Positions 29,735 to 39,421 are shown, counted from the first letter of the stretch. The stretch is DNA of 64,000 nt from Halobacteriovoraceae bacterium (GCA_963719505.1 CAVRCF010000005.1:1152001-1216000); one strand, 5' to 3'. The notes: generated by a model not told the origin, from the letters alone. Numbers and translations: made by a program.

Positions 29735-29755
29735 GGTAAAATTTTTAATATCTTT

Positions 29756-29965
29756 TTATTGAAGTACTTTCTTTTTCTTCTTAGCAGGCTTCATTGACTT
29801 GAGAACTGTTCTCATCAGCATTGAAGCTTCTTCTCTAAGGTTATTCTCAAGAATGTATGTGTAAAATGTTTCTACTTCTTCTGTCGCTTTAAAAGTCTTG
29901 ATTGCCGCTGTAACTTCAGGGCTTACTTTTTTTGCTTTAGGTTTTTTCGTTGCTGTTCTTGCCAT
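29756..29965 (-). CDS. Small Lys-rich hypothetical protein (69 aa)
   Basis: AGGAGG SD, own terminator. Confidence 0.85.
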   Translation of the reverse strand: MARTATKKPKAKKVSPEVTAAIKTFKATEEVETFYTYILENNLREEASMLMRTVLKSMKPAKKKKKVLQ

Positions 29966-30020
29966 GTTGGCCTCCTGTAACGGATATATTACGTTTTAGT
30001 TAACAATTCATCAATTAATT

Positions 30021-31523
30021 TTATTCAGCTTTTGGATGCACTAGCCCATAACTATGAAGCTTGTTGTATAGAGTCTTCACTGTAATCCCTAGCACCTTAG
30101 CTGCTCTTGTCTTATTTCCCTCTAAATGATCTAAAGTTCTACAAATATGCTTTCTTTCTAGGTCATGGAGTGTCATTTCAGAAAAGTCTTCAACAATTAC
30201 TTCTTCAGCTTTCTCTTCAACGATTAGCTCCGGAAGGTCAGATGCCTCGATATACTTACTTTCAGCAAGGATATACGTTCTCTCCATTATGTTTCTCAAC
30301 TCTTGGATGTTTCCAGGCCAGTTGTAACTAACTAGTTTCTCCACAGCTGCACTTGTTAAGATCTTATAGTCTTCAGTCTTCTTACCAAGATTTAAAAAAT
30401 ATTCCGATAAAACTTTAATATCATCTTGTCTGTCAGCAAGACTTGGCATATTGATTCCAACGATGTTGAGTCTATAAAGAAGATCTTCTCTAAATTTTCC
30501 TTCCTCAACTGCAGACTCTATCGAAGCATTTGTTAAAGAGATAACTCTCACGTTGATTGCTTGAGGAATATTTGATCCTGCCGTATAGATTTCTCCAGAA
30601 ACAAGTGATCTAAGAAGCTTAGATTGAATGTTTAATGGAAGCTCTTCAACATTATCTAAAATAATTGTTCCACCGTTTGCTCTTTGAAGAACTCCAGCTC
30701 TTTCACTTGTTCCAAAAAGTTCTGTCTCTATTTGACCTTCAGCGATTGAAGAACAATGAACAATAATACATTCTCCAGCCTTTCTGTCACTGAGAGAGTG
30801 AATCTTTTTAGCAAGAAGTGTTTTTCCTGTTCCAGACTCACCTTTGATAAAGACTGGAAAGTCTTCTGCTGCAACCCTCTTAGAAATATTTAAAACATCA
30901 GTTAATTGATTTGAGTGTCCAATAATTTCAATCGCTGATTTTGATCCTCTTCCTGATTTTAGGACTGGACCTCTATTCTTTAATTCTTCTTCTTTTTCTT
31001 CAATTTTTTGAGCAAGCTCTTTGTTTAAATTCTTAGCAATAAGATACATTCTCATATTTTTAATGGCTGCTTCTAAATGAGATAGAGTTTCATTAACAAG
31101 TGCTACATCTGAATCATCAAATTTTCTATCAGCATTTTCAGATTGAATATGAATTGTTCCGATAATTAAGTTTTCACAGATAATTGGTACACAAACTTCG
31201 CTTTCTACAACTTCGTCTCTTATAGTATTAGCTAACATTGGATCTCTTTTAGAGTTTGAGTAGTATGCTCTTCCCATTCTCGTTACATAACCAGATAGAC
31301 CTTGGCCTTTTGGATATGTTTGTCCTTTCTTAACTAGTTTTCCGTTTTCTGCTTTAAGTATTGTTGATCCACAAGTTTCAGCACTAAAGACTTGAACTTT
31401 ATACTCTCCAAATTGGCTCATCACAAACTCAGAAATTTTTGAAAAGAAAATTCCTTCGTCAAGGTTCGTTAATAATACTGTTGAAAGAGTTGCTACTTTG
31501 TTTAGGTCTAATGCTCTACTCAT
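30021..31523 (-). CDS. GAF-AAA+-Fis HTH enhancer-binding-family regulator (atypical)
   Basis: GAF domain; GESGTGKT; FREDLLYRL; WPGNIQEL; GNKTRAAKVLGI..KTLYNKL; GAFTGA absent. Confidence 0.9.
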   Translation of the reverse strand: MSRALDLNKVATLSTVLLTNLDEGIFFSKISEFVMSQFGEYKVQVFSAETCGSTILKAENGKLVKKGQTYPKGQGLSGYVTRMGRAYYSNSKRDPMLANTIRDEVVESEVCVPIICENLIIGTIHIQSENADRKFDDSDVALVNETLSHLEAAIKNMRMYLIAKNLNKELAQKIEEKEEELKNRGPVLKSGRGSKSAIEIIGHSNQLTDVLNISKRVAAEDFPVFIKGESGTGKTLLAKKIHSLSDRKAGECIIVHCSSIAEGQIETELFGTSERAGVLQRANGGTIILDNVEELPLNIQSKLLRSLVSGEIYTAGSNIPQAINVRVISLTNASIESAVEEGKFREDLLYRLNIVGINMPSLADRQDDIKVLSEYFLNLGKKTEDYKILTSAAVEKLVSYNWPGNIQELRNIMERTYILAESKYIEASDLPELIVEEKAEEVIVEDFSEMTLHDLERKHICRTLDHLEGNKTRAAKVLGITVKTLYNKLHSYGLVHPKAE

Positions 31524-31667
31524 GTCTATCTCCTTATCACTTTGTTTAAATATATGTATAAATTTTATGCGATGCGTAACTTTATTCAGTATAGCATTGT
31601 ATGAAATTTTTACAAGATCAAAGTGCTCAGGTACTTAGACTTTATGCATAAAGATGAATGTTTCTAG

Positions 31668-32963
31668 CTAGTTAGACCACCTAGGTGTATAACTTTTTCC
31701 ATAGTTATCTGTTATCTGCTTAATAATCTCTCCCTCTCTGTTCATAATGACTAAGTTTTGGACGGCCTTTTTACGGCTGAGAACCTTCTGGGAGCTAAAA
31801 ACGATGAATTGCCCATCTGGAGAGAAGCTTGGCTCTTCGTTAGAGCCCATATTCTTCGTCAGACGCACTAAATTGTCACCATTTGAGTCTATTTTATAGA
31901 TATCGAAGAGACCATCTACCCAAGAAGAGAAAACAATTTCAGCCCCATCAGGTGAGAACCTAGGAGCGGCATTAAATCTTCCAACATAACTAATTCTTTT
32001 TATGTTTTTCTCTGGCCCTCTTGGGTCCATGGTATAAATCATCGCCTTCCCACTTCTTCCAGATAAAAAGGTTAGAAGATCACCAGCTTTGTTTATATGC
32101 GGATCAACATCATCTAAAAAGTGAGTTGTTATTTTAGTTCTTTTTTTCGTCGCCAAATTTATTTTATAAATATCAGCATTTTTTGTCAGAGTCAGTGTCA
32201 GATAAATATCTTTACCATCATCACTAAAAACGGCACCTGAGTTCATTCCATCAAGCTCAGAAATAAGCGTGGTCTTCTTTGTCGCTAAGTCCATGATATA
32301 AAGGTTTAAATTTTTTACTTTATGAGGAGTTCCTCTTGAAGATTTTTTCCACTTACTTTCAATAACAGAATACATAAGCTTTGTGTTATCTGGTGACAAC
32401 GCGGGTGAGATGATAAGAGAGTTTGTATAAGTCAGCCTCTGTTTTCTTCTGCCATCAAAATCCATGATATAGAGTTCTTTTTTAGTATTTCTTCCGTTAC
32501 TCGTTCTATCGGATACAAAAACAATTTTACTGTTAAAAATGGATTTGTTCCCTGTCATACTTTCGTAAATTTTATCAGAAACCCTATGAGCTGTAGAAAT
32601 TGTATTTTTATCGTCGATTGGAATTGAAAGACTTGAGCTTCTCGCGGAGTCAATCGTATTTACGACTTCAACTTTTACATTTTTGAAGTCATCAAAAATG
32701 ATACCGACTTTATAGCTTGCACTGCCAAGAGTTGGAACCTCAAGTGAGTACTTGTGTTTATAGAAGGCGAAATCTTCTTTTATAATATTGTAGATCTCTT
32801 TAATGTCTGATGCTTGTCGTGGGTTCGTTTTAAAACCAATTTTAGGTTTTGAAAAATCAATCGTTTCTTTTTCTACCTCTGCCTCACCTACTGCAACAAC
32901 AGTCAGCGACTCCTGGGCATACAGGTTAAAGATAAATAAGAATGTGAGTAAAATAGCTTTCAT
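31668..32963 (-). CDS. tolB: Tol-Pal beta-propeller protein TolB
   Basis: AHRVSDKIY, FNSKIVFVS, PD40 repeats (PRFSPDG, PSFSPDG), PRWS C-terminus; after tolQRA. Confidence 0.9.
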   Translation of the reverse strand: MKAILLTFLFIFNLYAQESLTVVAVGEAEVEKETIDFSKPKIGFKTNPRQASDIKEIYNIIKEDFAFYKHKYSLEVPTLGSASYKVGIIFDDFKNVKVEVVNTIDSARSSSLSIPIDDKNTISTAHRVSDKIYESMTGNKSIFNSKIVFVSDRTSNGRNTKKELYIMDFDGRRKQRLTYTNSLIISPALSPDNTKLMYSVIESKWKKSSRGTPHKVKNLNLYIMDLATKKTTLISELDGMNSGAVFSDDGKDIYLTLTLTKNADIYKINLATKKRTKITTHFLDDVDPHINKAGDLLTFLSGRSGKAMIYTMDPRGPEKNIKRISYVGRFNAAPRFSPDGAEIVFSSWVDGLFDIYKIDSNGDNLVRLTKNMGSNEEPSFSPDGQFIVFSSQKVLSRKKAVQNLVIMNREGEIIKQITDNYGKSYTPRWSN

Positions 32964-32978
32964 AATTTTTTCCTTTTC

Positions 32979-33782
32979 TTACAGCGGGAATCCAAGAACA
33001 ACTGCTCCAGATGCTAGTCTTGCTGTAATTTCACTTTGAGGTTGTGGGAAAGAGCTTACCTGTTTTAATGAGTTTAATGCCTTTTGATCAAATTCATTAT
33101 TTCCACTCGATTCATATATTTCGGTATTAAGTATTTTTCCATTGCTTGCAATAAAGACTCTAATTCGACACTGTAGACCTTGATCCATAAGATAGCTTGG
33201 TAACTTCCAATAAGGCCTTACCATATTGGGAAGTGCAGACACATAGTCATTAAACATAGTCTTCTCAACCGCTAAGCTATCACCAACAGTACTGGTTCCA
33301 GCGCTAACTTTATTTCCTTCAAGAATGAGTTGTTGCAATTCTTTTTTACTTTTTGAATCCAGCTCCCCAGATTTTTTACCTTTTTTTACTTTCACTTTTT
33401 TCTCATTTTTACTGAGATTCGATAAAAGGTTTTTAAGGTTGACCTTGGGCTCTTTCTTCTCAATGACAATATCATCAGGTTTAATGATATCTTCTTTTGC
33501 TTTCTCTTTTACTTCTTCACCTTTTTGCTCAACGACAGGTTCACTGACTTTCATTTTTTTTAACTCTTGCACGGTGAATTTTGGCATCGCCACGACATCA
33601 ATTCGCACACTCGACTGAATGATCTTTAAATCTTTAGGATCATTTTCAATTTTGAATATATCGAGATCCATGACTTTTGAAATACCGAAACCAAGGGCAA
33701 GAAGAAGAATATGAAAAGCTACCGCCAGACCAAAGTACCGATTAAAGCGATCTTCATGAATAGGACTTAGACTCAATTCCAT
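32979..33782 (-). CDS. tolA: TolA/TonB-like energy transducer
   Basis: N-terminal TM with His, Lys/Glu-rich linker, C-terminal SSGN.EFD..AL domain. Confidence 0.8.
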   Translation of the reverse strand: MELSLSPIHEDRFNRYFGLAVAFHILLLALGFGISKVMDLDIFKIENDPKDLKIIQSSVRIDVVAMPKFTVQELKKMKVSEPVVEQKGEEVKEKAKEDIIKPDDIVIEKKEPKVNLKNLLSNLSKNEKKVKVKKGKKSGELDSKSKKELQQLILEGNKVSAGTSTVGDSLAVEKTMFNDYVSALPNMVRPYWKLPSYLMDQGLQCRIRVFIASNGKILNTEIYESSGNNEFDQKALNSLKQVSSFPQPQSEITARLASGAVVLGFPL

Positions 33783-34196
33783 CTATTTTTTTTCAATCTC
33801 CGTAACAAGGGCAATATTGGAAATTCCCGTTGTTTTTAAAAGTGAAACAAGCTTTGCTACCTTTCCGTACTCTAAAGAATAGTCAGCTCTTATATACAAA
33901 ACTTCTGTTTTAAACTCTTGGAGCTGCGCCATAACATTTTTTGCAAGATCTTCTCGCTTAATCTGTTCATCCCCAAGAAATAAATCTCCAGCTGGACTTA
34001 CCGACAAAATGACCTGTTTTTTAGTAAGCTTTAGATTGTCTACCTTTTTTGTTTTAGGAAGTTTGAGGTTGATTCCACTAAACATTAAAGGCGCACTTAT
34101 CATAAAGATGACAAGTAAAACTAAAACGACATCAACAAAAGGGGTAACGTTAATATCTGAAATGGGACCTTTATTTTTACTAAGTTTAAAAGCCAT
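33783..34196 (-). CDS. tolR: TolR/ExbD
   Basis: INVTPFVDVVLVLLVIFMI, IRAD..L.YG.V. Confidence 0.92.
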   Translation of the reverse strand: MAFKLSKNKGPISDINVTPFVDVVLVLLVIFMISAPLMFSGINLKLPKTKKVDNLKLTKKQVILSVSPAGDLFLGDEQIKREDLAKNVMAQLQEFKTEVLYIRADYSLEYGKVAKLVSLLKTTGISNIALVTEIEKK

Positions 34197-34198
34197 GA

Positions 34199-34921
34199 CT
34201 ACTCCTTAATTGATTCAGTTGAATCCACTGTCAGCGTGCTTCGCTCGATCATGTTTAAAAAGTCCTGTCCAAAAGCTTCCATTTCACTATTTTGTTTCAA
34301 AATTCTATTTGTATAAATATTAAAAAACCAGTTCGCCGGTATGGCAGCCGCTAGACCTACAGCTGTGGCGACGAGAGCTTCCGCAATCCCAGGAGCAACG
34401 GCTTCAATACTTCCTCCACCAGATGCTAGACCTGTAAAGGAGTTGATAATTCCCCAAACCGTCCCAAAGAGTCCTACGAAAGGAGCCACAGAAGAAATAC
34501 TTGCAAGGGTTTCTAGTCTTTTTTCTAAAACTTGATTAGAGATACTCGCCCCTTGCGCTAAACTTCTCTCAATTGCACCAATCCCATACTCTCTAATATA
34601 GCTTTGAATTTTTTCTTTTTGACCAGAGTTACTAAGTTTCTCTTTGATTTTTACAAGCTCTAAATATCCTTTTTGGAACATAAGACTTAGACTTGAATTA
34701 GTGTAAACTTTTGATTGTTCAAAGATATCCTCAAGAGAGCTAGAGGCTTCAAAAAAATTAGTAAATTTCTGATTCTCGTCCTGAATTTTTTGAAACGTTT
34801 TTTTCTTTTGAAAGACGATGGCCCAAGAAAGTATTGAGGCAACAACTAATAAGATCAAAACGATCTTAACGACGATACCAGAGTTTAAAAGTATAAGTAG
34901 GATGTTCATTTCACCGTGCAT
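34199..34921 (-). CDS. tolQ: TolQ/ExbB
   Basis: APFVGLFGTVWGI, VAPGIAEALVATAVGL. Confidence 0.93.
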   Translation of the reverse strand: MHGEMNILLILLNSGIVVKIVLILLVVASILSWAIVFQKKKTFQKIQDENQKFTNFFEASSSLEDIFEQSKVYTNSSLSLMFQKGYLELVKIKEKLSNSGQKEKIQSYIREYGIGAIERSLAQGASISNQVLEKRLETLASISSVAPFVGLFGTVWGIINSFTGLASGGGSIEAVAPGIAEALVATAVGLAAAIPANWFFNIYTNRILKQNSEMEAFGQDFLNMIERSTLTVDSTESIKE

Positions 34922-34946
34922 AAAATCTCCAAGTTAATTGTTTCTA

Positions 34947-34975
34947 ATTATCTTAGTGATATTAAATTCCGTCAA
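34947..34975 (-). promoter_or_regulatory. sigma-70-like promoter of tolQ
   Basis: TTGACG-N17-GATAAT on the minus strand. Confidence 0.5.
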
Positions 34976-34986
34976 CTTACGGCAGA

Positions 34987-35826
34987 TTAAGCAGGATTTT
35001 TTGGCCCTGTTTTAAAATAGTAGACTATACCGATCAACCAAATCCCAGCAATTCCTAAGTGAGGTAAAGTTTTATTATACTGATAAACTGAGTGGGCATT
35101 CTCCCACACCAGATCAAAACCTAAAATACTCGATAAAGGTCCGATAACAACACAGCAATAGAGAATGATATTCATTATATTTTTTCTTTCTTTGAATAAA
35201 AGCAGTAAAAGAGTCAAGAAGTGTAAAATAATTAAAAAGAAAAAATTATCTACATGAGGCAATGTCACCTTGGTCGTCACAATAAAAATGACTAGGATAG
35301 AAAAAATTAATAGTGAGTTCTTTTGTCTTGAGAATGAGACGACATTTCTGAGAAGAATATTAATGACAAGGAGATCGCACAAATAAAAGAGAATAGACCC
35401 TATAAAAGAAGTCATAACATAGAGGGAGGACTTCTCATTAAACTCTATCCCCTTTCCAAATTGTAAAATAAGAGCAAATAAGAAAATCGAAAGAAAAATA
35501 AGAAGGACCATTGCACTAAAACTTGGTCTCCAGCGATTTGTCTTGAGGATGGTAAAAAGATTGGTGATGATATAGTTATTAAGCTTTAGCGCCTTGATAA
35601 TAATAACACTGGCAAATATCTTGGAAACGATTATTAATTCCCACGCATTTGTAAAAAGCCAATTTTCAATAATGTGCATATCGTGATCAATTAAAAAATG
35701 GAAGAAGGAACCAATTGAGACGAGTGACAGATGCATCAGAAAAAAAATAAAACAATAACCCAAGTAATAAGCGATAACGCGTCTAAAACCAATGGGAAGA
35801 TCGAAGTCTGAAGTCTGCTTATTCAT
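34987..35826 (-). CDS. Multi-pass membrane protein, possibly degenerate CPBP/Abi fold
   Basis: About 8 hydrophobic segments; no EExxxR motif. Confidence 0.7.
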   Translation of the reverse strand: MNKQTSDFDLPIGFRRVIAYYLGYCFIFFLMHLSLVSIGSFFHFLIDHDMHIIENWLFTNAWELIIVSKIFASVIIIKALKLNNYIITNLFTILKTNRWRPSFSAMVLLIFLSIFLFALILQFGKGIEFNEKSSLYVMTSFIGSILFYLCDLLVINILLRNVVSFSRQKNSLLIFSILVIFIVTTKVTLPHVDNFFFLIILHFLTLLLLLFKERKNIMNIILYCCVVIGPLSSILGFDLVWENAHSVYQYNKTLPHLGIAGIWLIGIVYYFKTGPKNPA

Positions 35827-35828
35827 TA

Positions 35829-36734
35829 TTAAAGAATTTTCTTTTTTGGACTAAGCCACTTAATCTGTAGTTCTGGTGAGGGATAAATCTTTGTATAATC
35901 TTTATAAAGGAGATTATCCTTCACAAGTTCATCTATTTTTCCCAATAGTTTCATATAAACCATTCTCAGCGTCTGATCCGAACTCAACACTGTATCCATA
36001 AGCTTGGTCGTGGCATACTGCTGCTGGAAGGTAAATCCATCAGAGAAAAGGATTCTGGTGTATTCTTTAGAAAGATCATCTATGCTTTGCTTTTTAGGCT
36101 TAGAACCTTTGAAACTGGTTCCAATAAAAGAGGTGTCTTTTTTAATATTAGCCTTAAAATACCCTTGATCTATTCTGTGCATATCTTCTAAGAACAAAAG
36201 AGCAATATCAACCTTTGTGAGGTCTAGAGTTCTCATAAAGGGTAATGAGATTAGGAAAAAGTATTCGTCTTTATCTCCTGGAAGAGCTGCATGAGTAATA
36301 TTAGGAGTATTGACGATTAAAATTTTTATTTTTCTATTATAATAACCAATTTGCTCCAACAGTCGTCTAAAAGCTGAAGCTATTCCATATTTTGGCTTTG
36401 AAAAATCCCACTGCAAAACTTGGGCATTTTTTACGAGCCAATACTCTGACATAAAAGACCAAAAATCTTCTGAGTTTGGATAGTTATACTTTGCGGATTC
36501 AATCTCATTTTTTACTTTTTTAATTTGAGCAACTTCTTTACTTTTTTTCGTTTTAAATTTATTCAAGCCGTCTTTTTCTAAAACACTTTTTATACTGGAA
36601 TAATCCATCAAGCTTTGCTCTTTCTCTTCCTGCAGAAGTTTTACTTTTGGCTGCTTACGAATAGAATCAGACAGGGCATTAACTTCTTGGGCCATAACTT
36701 GAAAAGAGAAAATCAAAAGAAAAAGAACTTTCAT
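35829..36734 (-). CDS. Exported protein resembling a degenerate M48 peptidase
   Basis: Signal peptide; THAALPG, ALLFLEDMHR, FQQQYA, IYPSPELQI.WL mirror M48 motifs without HExxH. Confidence 0.6.
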   Translation of the reverse strand: MKVLFLLIFSFQVMAQEVNALSDSIRKQPKVKLLQEEKEQSLMDYSSIKSVLEKDGLNKFKTKKSKEVAQIKKVKNEIESAKYNYPNSEDFWSFMSEYWLVKNAQVLQWDFSKPKYGIASAFRRLLEQIGYYNRKIKILIVNTPNITHAALPGDKDEYFFLISLPFMRTLDLTKVDIALLFLEDMHRIDQGYFKANIKKDTSFIGTSFKGSKPKKQSIDDLSKEYTRILFSDGFTFQQQYATTKLMDTVLSSDQTLRMVYMKLLGKIDELVKDNLLYKDYTKIYPSPELQIKWLSPKKKIL

Positions 36735-37123
36735 TGCGCTTTTGACTCCTCTAGAAGGTATTGATCATTTAAGCGTCCCCAGTAATACATATCCGTTAGA
36801 TCTAGATTTAAATTGAGATAGAAATTAGGATATTTTTCTTGAAAACATTCAGGTCTTTTTGCGTCTAAAAATTCACTCTGGATAAACCCTCTGTCATCTC
36901 CCACTTTTGCATAGACCCACCCCGCAGGCGCTGATCGTTCACTATCGTCTAAAACCTTCACAGGATAGGCACATTGAATTGTTGTTAAACTTGAACTTCC
37001 TCTACTTGGATTCTTGTGGAGATGACCCAGAAAGTTTTTAAAGTATAAGCTACCTACTACTTTCTCTAGAGCAAGACCTTGAAAACTGCTAAGAAGAAGG
37101 AGGGTGAGGATTAGTTTACTCAC
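36731..37123 (-). CDS. Exported SH3b-like domain protein
   Basis: GTG at 37123 overlapping lapB stop; signal peptide; LHKNPS..S..LTTI....V.V...GWVYAKVG..RGFIQSEFL. Confidence 0.7.
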   Translation of the reverse strand: MSKLILTLLLLSSFQGLALEKVVGSLYFKNFLGHLHKNPSRGSSSLTTIQCAYPVKVLDDSERSAPAGWVYAKVGDDRGFIQSEFLDAKRPECFQEKYPNFYLNLNLDLTDMYYWGRLNDQYLLEESKAQ

Positions 37124-38352
37124 TAGACCTTCCACCTAAACTGGATTGTCTCCCAGTTGTGACACTGAGGACAACGCCAAAAAATGGCATCTGAATCGTA
37201 GCCACATTGGGAGCAAAAGTGTCTCGTTAGGGTGTTGTTTAAAGACAATAAGAGAGTTTTAGTTTGTGATAAAGCTTCAGTTTCCTTATTAACTTCTATC
37301 AGAAGCTTGATATACTCAATTTTTAAGACATCTCCACCATTTGGATTTTCTTGCATCCATTTTGATAAAAGCTCAAAAGCTTCACTAATTCTATTTTCCG
37401 CTTTTAAAAGTCTTATTTGGGATAATATGATGGAAGGAGAACTCTCCTTGGACCAATCCCCCACTTCTAAGAAGTAACTCTTAAGAGTCTGAAGTCTATT
37501 GTAGAAGTCCTGCTTGCCCTCTTCATTTAAGTACTCGTCGAGAGAAACAAAGATAAAGGAGGCATACATTGGATGCTCTTTGATAAGTTCTATAAGAAGG
37601 GACTTAGCATCGTCCATTTTATTTTGAACAATAAAAAGTTTTAACTTTAGGATCTTAGCGGAAACAGATGGAGCAAAACGAAACGCATCGTCAAGGTCTT
37701 CCATACAGGCTTTATAGTCTCCGCTTTCAAACTGAGTCTTAGCTTTCTCAACGAGAATATGAGATATCGTTTCGCTTTGATTTTCATGTCCGACTTTAGA
37801 GAGCATAATTCTATAATTGTAAGCCAGGTCCCACTCTCCGATATCTTCATAGATACGACAAAGTGATTGGATAACTTCATATTGATCTCTATTAATTTTT
37901 AAAACATCTTTATAAGTTTCAATGGCTTTATCAATAAAGCCACCTTTGTCAAAGTCTATAGCGAGTTCTTTCAGAGCTTTTAAGCGACTTGACTCGCTAA
38001 TGTTTTCTCTGGCGATAAGAGAGCGATGAATACTTATGGCTTTATCGATCTCTCCATTTGAACGAAAGAGTCCTCCAAGAGCAAAATAGGTATCCAGAGT
38101 TTCTCTGTTGAGGTCAACTGCATTTAGAAATTCTTTGATGGCGAGATCTTTGTTACCAGAGATAAGGTATTGAGTCGCATTTAAAAAGATTTTTGATTGC
38201 GCTTCAAAAATACTATCGCGGTACTTCTTTGAAAGTTTAACTCCATGCTCTTTTTCAATAATATAGTGATAAATAAAAACGAGAGTTATGATCACCGCTA
38301 TAACAGCAAGAAGATGGTCTCTTAGGAATGTTGTAAAAAAAACTAAATCCAA
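37123..38352 (-). CDS. lapB: LPS assembly protein B-like (TM, TPR repeats, rubredoxin)
   Basis: ALGGLFRSNGEIDKAISIH, C-terminal CSQCG...WRCPQCHNWET. Confidence 0.88.
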   Translation of the reverse strand: MDLVFFTTFLRDHLLAVIAVIITLVFIYHYIIEKEHGVKLSKKYRDSIFEAQSKIFLNATQYLISGNKDLAIKEFLNAVDLNRETLDTYFALGGLFRSNGEIDKAISIHRSLIARENISESSRLKALKELAIDFDKGGFIDKAIETYKDVLKINRDQYEVIQSLCRIYEDIGEWDLAYNYRIMLSKVGHENQSETISHILVEKAKTQFESGDYKACMEDLDDAFRFAPSVSAKILKLKLFIVQNKMDDAKSLLIELIKEHPMYASFIFVSLDEYLNEEGKQDFYNRLQTLKSYFLEVGDWSKESSPSIILSQIRLLKAENRISEAFELLSKWMQENPNGGDVLKIEYIKLLIEVNKETEALSQTKTLLLSLNNTLTRHFCSQCGYDSDAIFWRCPQCHNWETIQFRWKV

Positions 38353-38359
38353 AATCTAC

Positions 38360-39283
38360 CTAGGGGTTAAACATCATTAGAGGAACAAAATTATTTCGGA
38401 GCTTAAAGCTAAAATCTTCTACTGTTTGCTCAAGACCTTGAAGCATTTCTAGAAAGTTTGTATCTTTCTTAACTTTTATAATTTTCATTCCAAACTTTTC
38501 TTTAAGCTTTAATTCAGCGTGAATAGATCTTCCTGCTTTATAAAGACCACCCAATTCGTCCACAAGTCCTCTCTCAAGAGCACCCTGGCCTGAAAAGATT
38601 TGACCTTGAGCATACTTTCTAAGTCCTTCCATTCCGCCGATTATTTTCTTTTCTCTGACTTTAAAAATATCCATAATGAACTGCTCGTGAACTTCTGCCG
38701 TCATCTCTGTGAGAAGTAATCTCTCTTCATCAGTCATTTTTCTTGCTGCATTTCCAATATCTTTGTACTTTCCTGATTTAATAATCTGAGGATCAAGCTT
38801 TGCCCAGTCGTACAGTCTTCGAAGATTCATAAAATTCATAATAACACCGATCGATCCTGTCATCGCGCCAGCGTTAGAATAAATTTTTCTACAGGCCGCT
38901 CCAATATAGTAACCACCCGAAGCTGCTACTGAACCAAATGATGCGTAGACGGGTTTCTTCTTATCAATTCTTAGAATCTCTTCATAAATTTCTTGAGTTG
39001 GACCAACTGCTCCGCCTGGAGAATTGACTCTGAGAATAATTGCTTTGTACTTATCTTCTTTTTCAGCAATGAGAAGTTTCTTTACCGTCACTGCTGGATC
39101 CATTATCACACCGTCGACTTCAATAACTGCGATTGGTGTATCTCCATCGTCAAAAGCTCCTGCGAGTTTTGATGTACTTTTTAAACTTGAAACAGTGTAG
39201 AAGGCAAAAACTAAAAACAGCACAAACAAAAATGCTATTAAAATGAAGATTCCTACTATTCCCTTTGAGCGATCTTTCGACAC
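38360..39283 (-). CDS. sppA: Signal peptide peptidase SppA (36K type, S49)
   Basis: LRVNSPGG, AASGGYY, GSIGV, KSGKYKD; GTG after AAGGAG. Confidence 0.93.
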   Translation of the reverse strand: MSKDRSKGIVGIFILIAFLFVLFLVFAFYTVSSLKSTSKLAGAFDDGDTPIAVIEVDGVIMDPAVTVKKLLIAEKEDKYKAIILRVNSPGGAVGPTQEIYEEILRIDKKKPVYASFGSVAASGGYYIGAACRKIYSNAGAMTGSIGVIMNFMNLRRLYDWAKLDPQIIKSGKYKDIGNAARKMTDEERLLLTEMTAEVHEQFIMDIFKVREKKIIGGMEGLRKYAQGQIFSGQGALERGLVDELGGLYKAGRSIHAELKLKEKFGMKIIKVKKDTNFLEMLQGLEQTVEDFSFKLRNNFVPLMMFNP

Positions 39284-39421
39284 TTTATTCTCCTTGAGTT
39301 CTTCTTGAACATAAATCTTGAAATTCCTAATAGTATAAACAACTTAGGAAACTTTTAGAAGGTTTTAATTTTCTTACCAGAGTATATCACTCGGGCAAAA
39401 ACATAAATACGTCAGATAGAT

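Noticed and set aside
29756-29965. Histone H3 homologue (MART..K N-terminus)
   Set aside because: Similarity is limited to a few low-complexity residues; no histone-fold signature.
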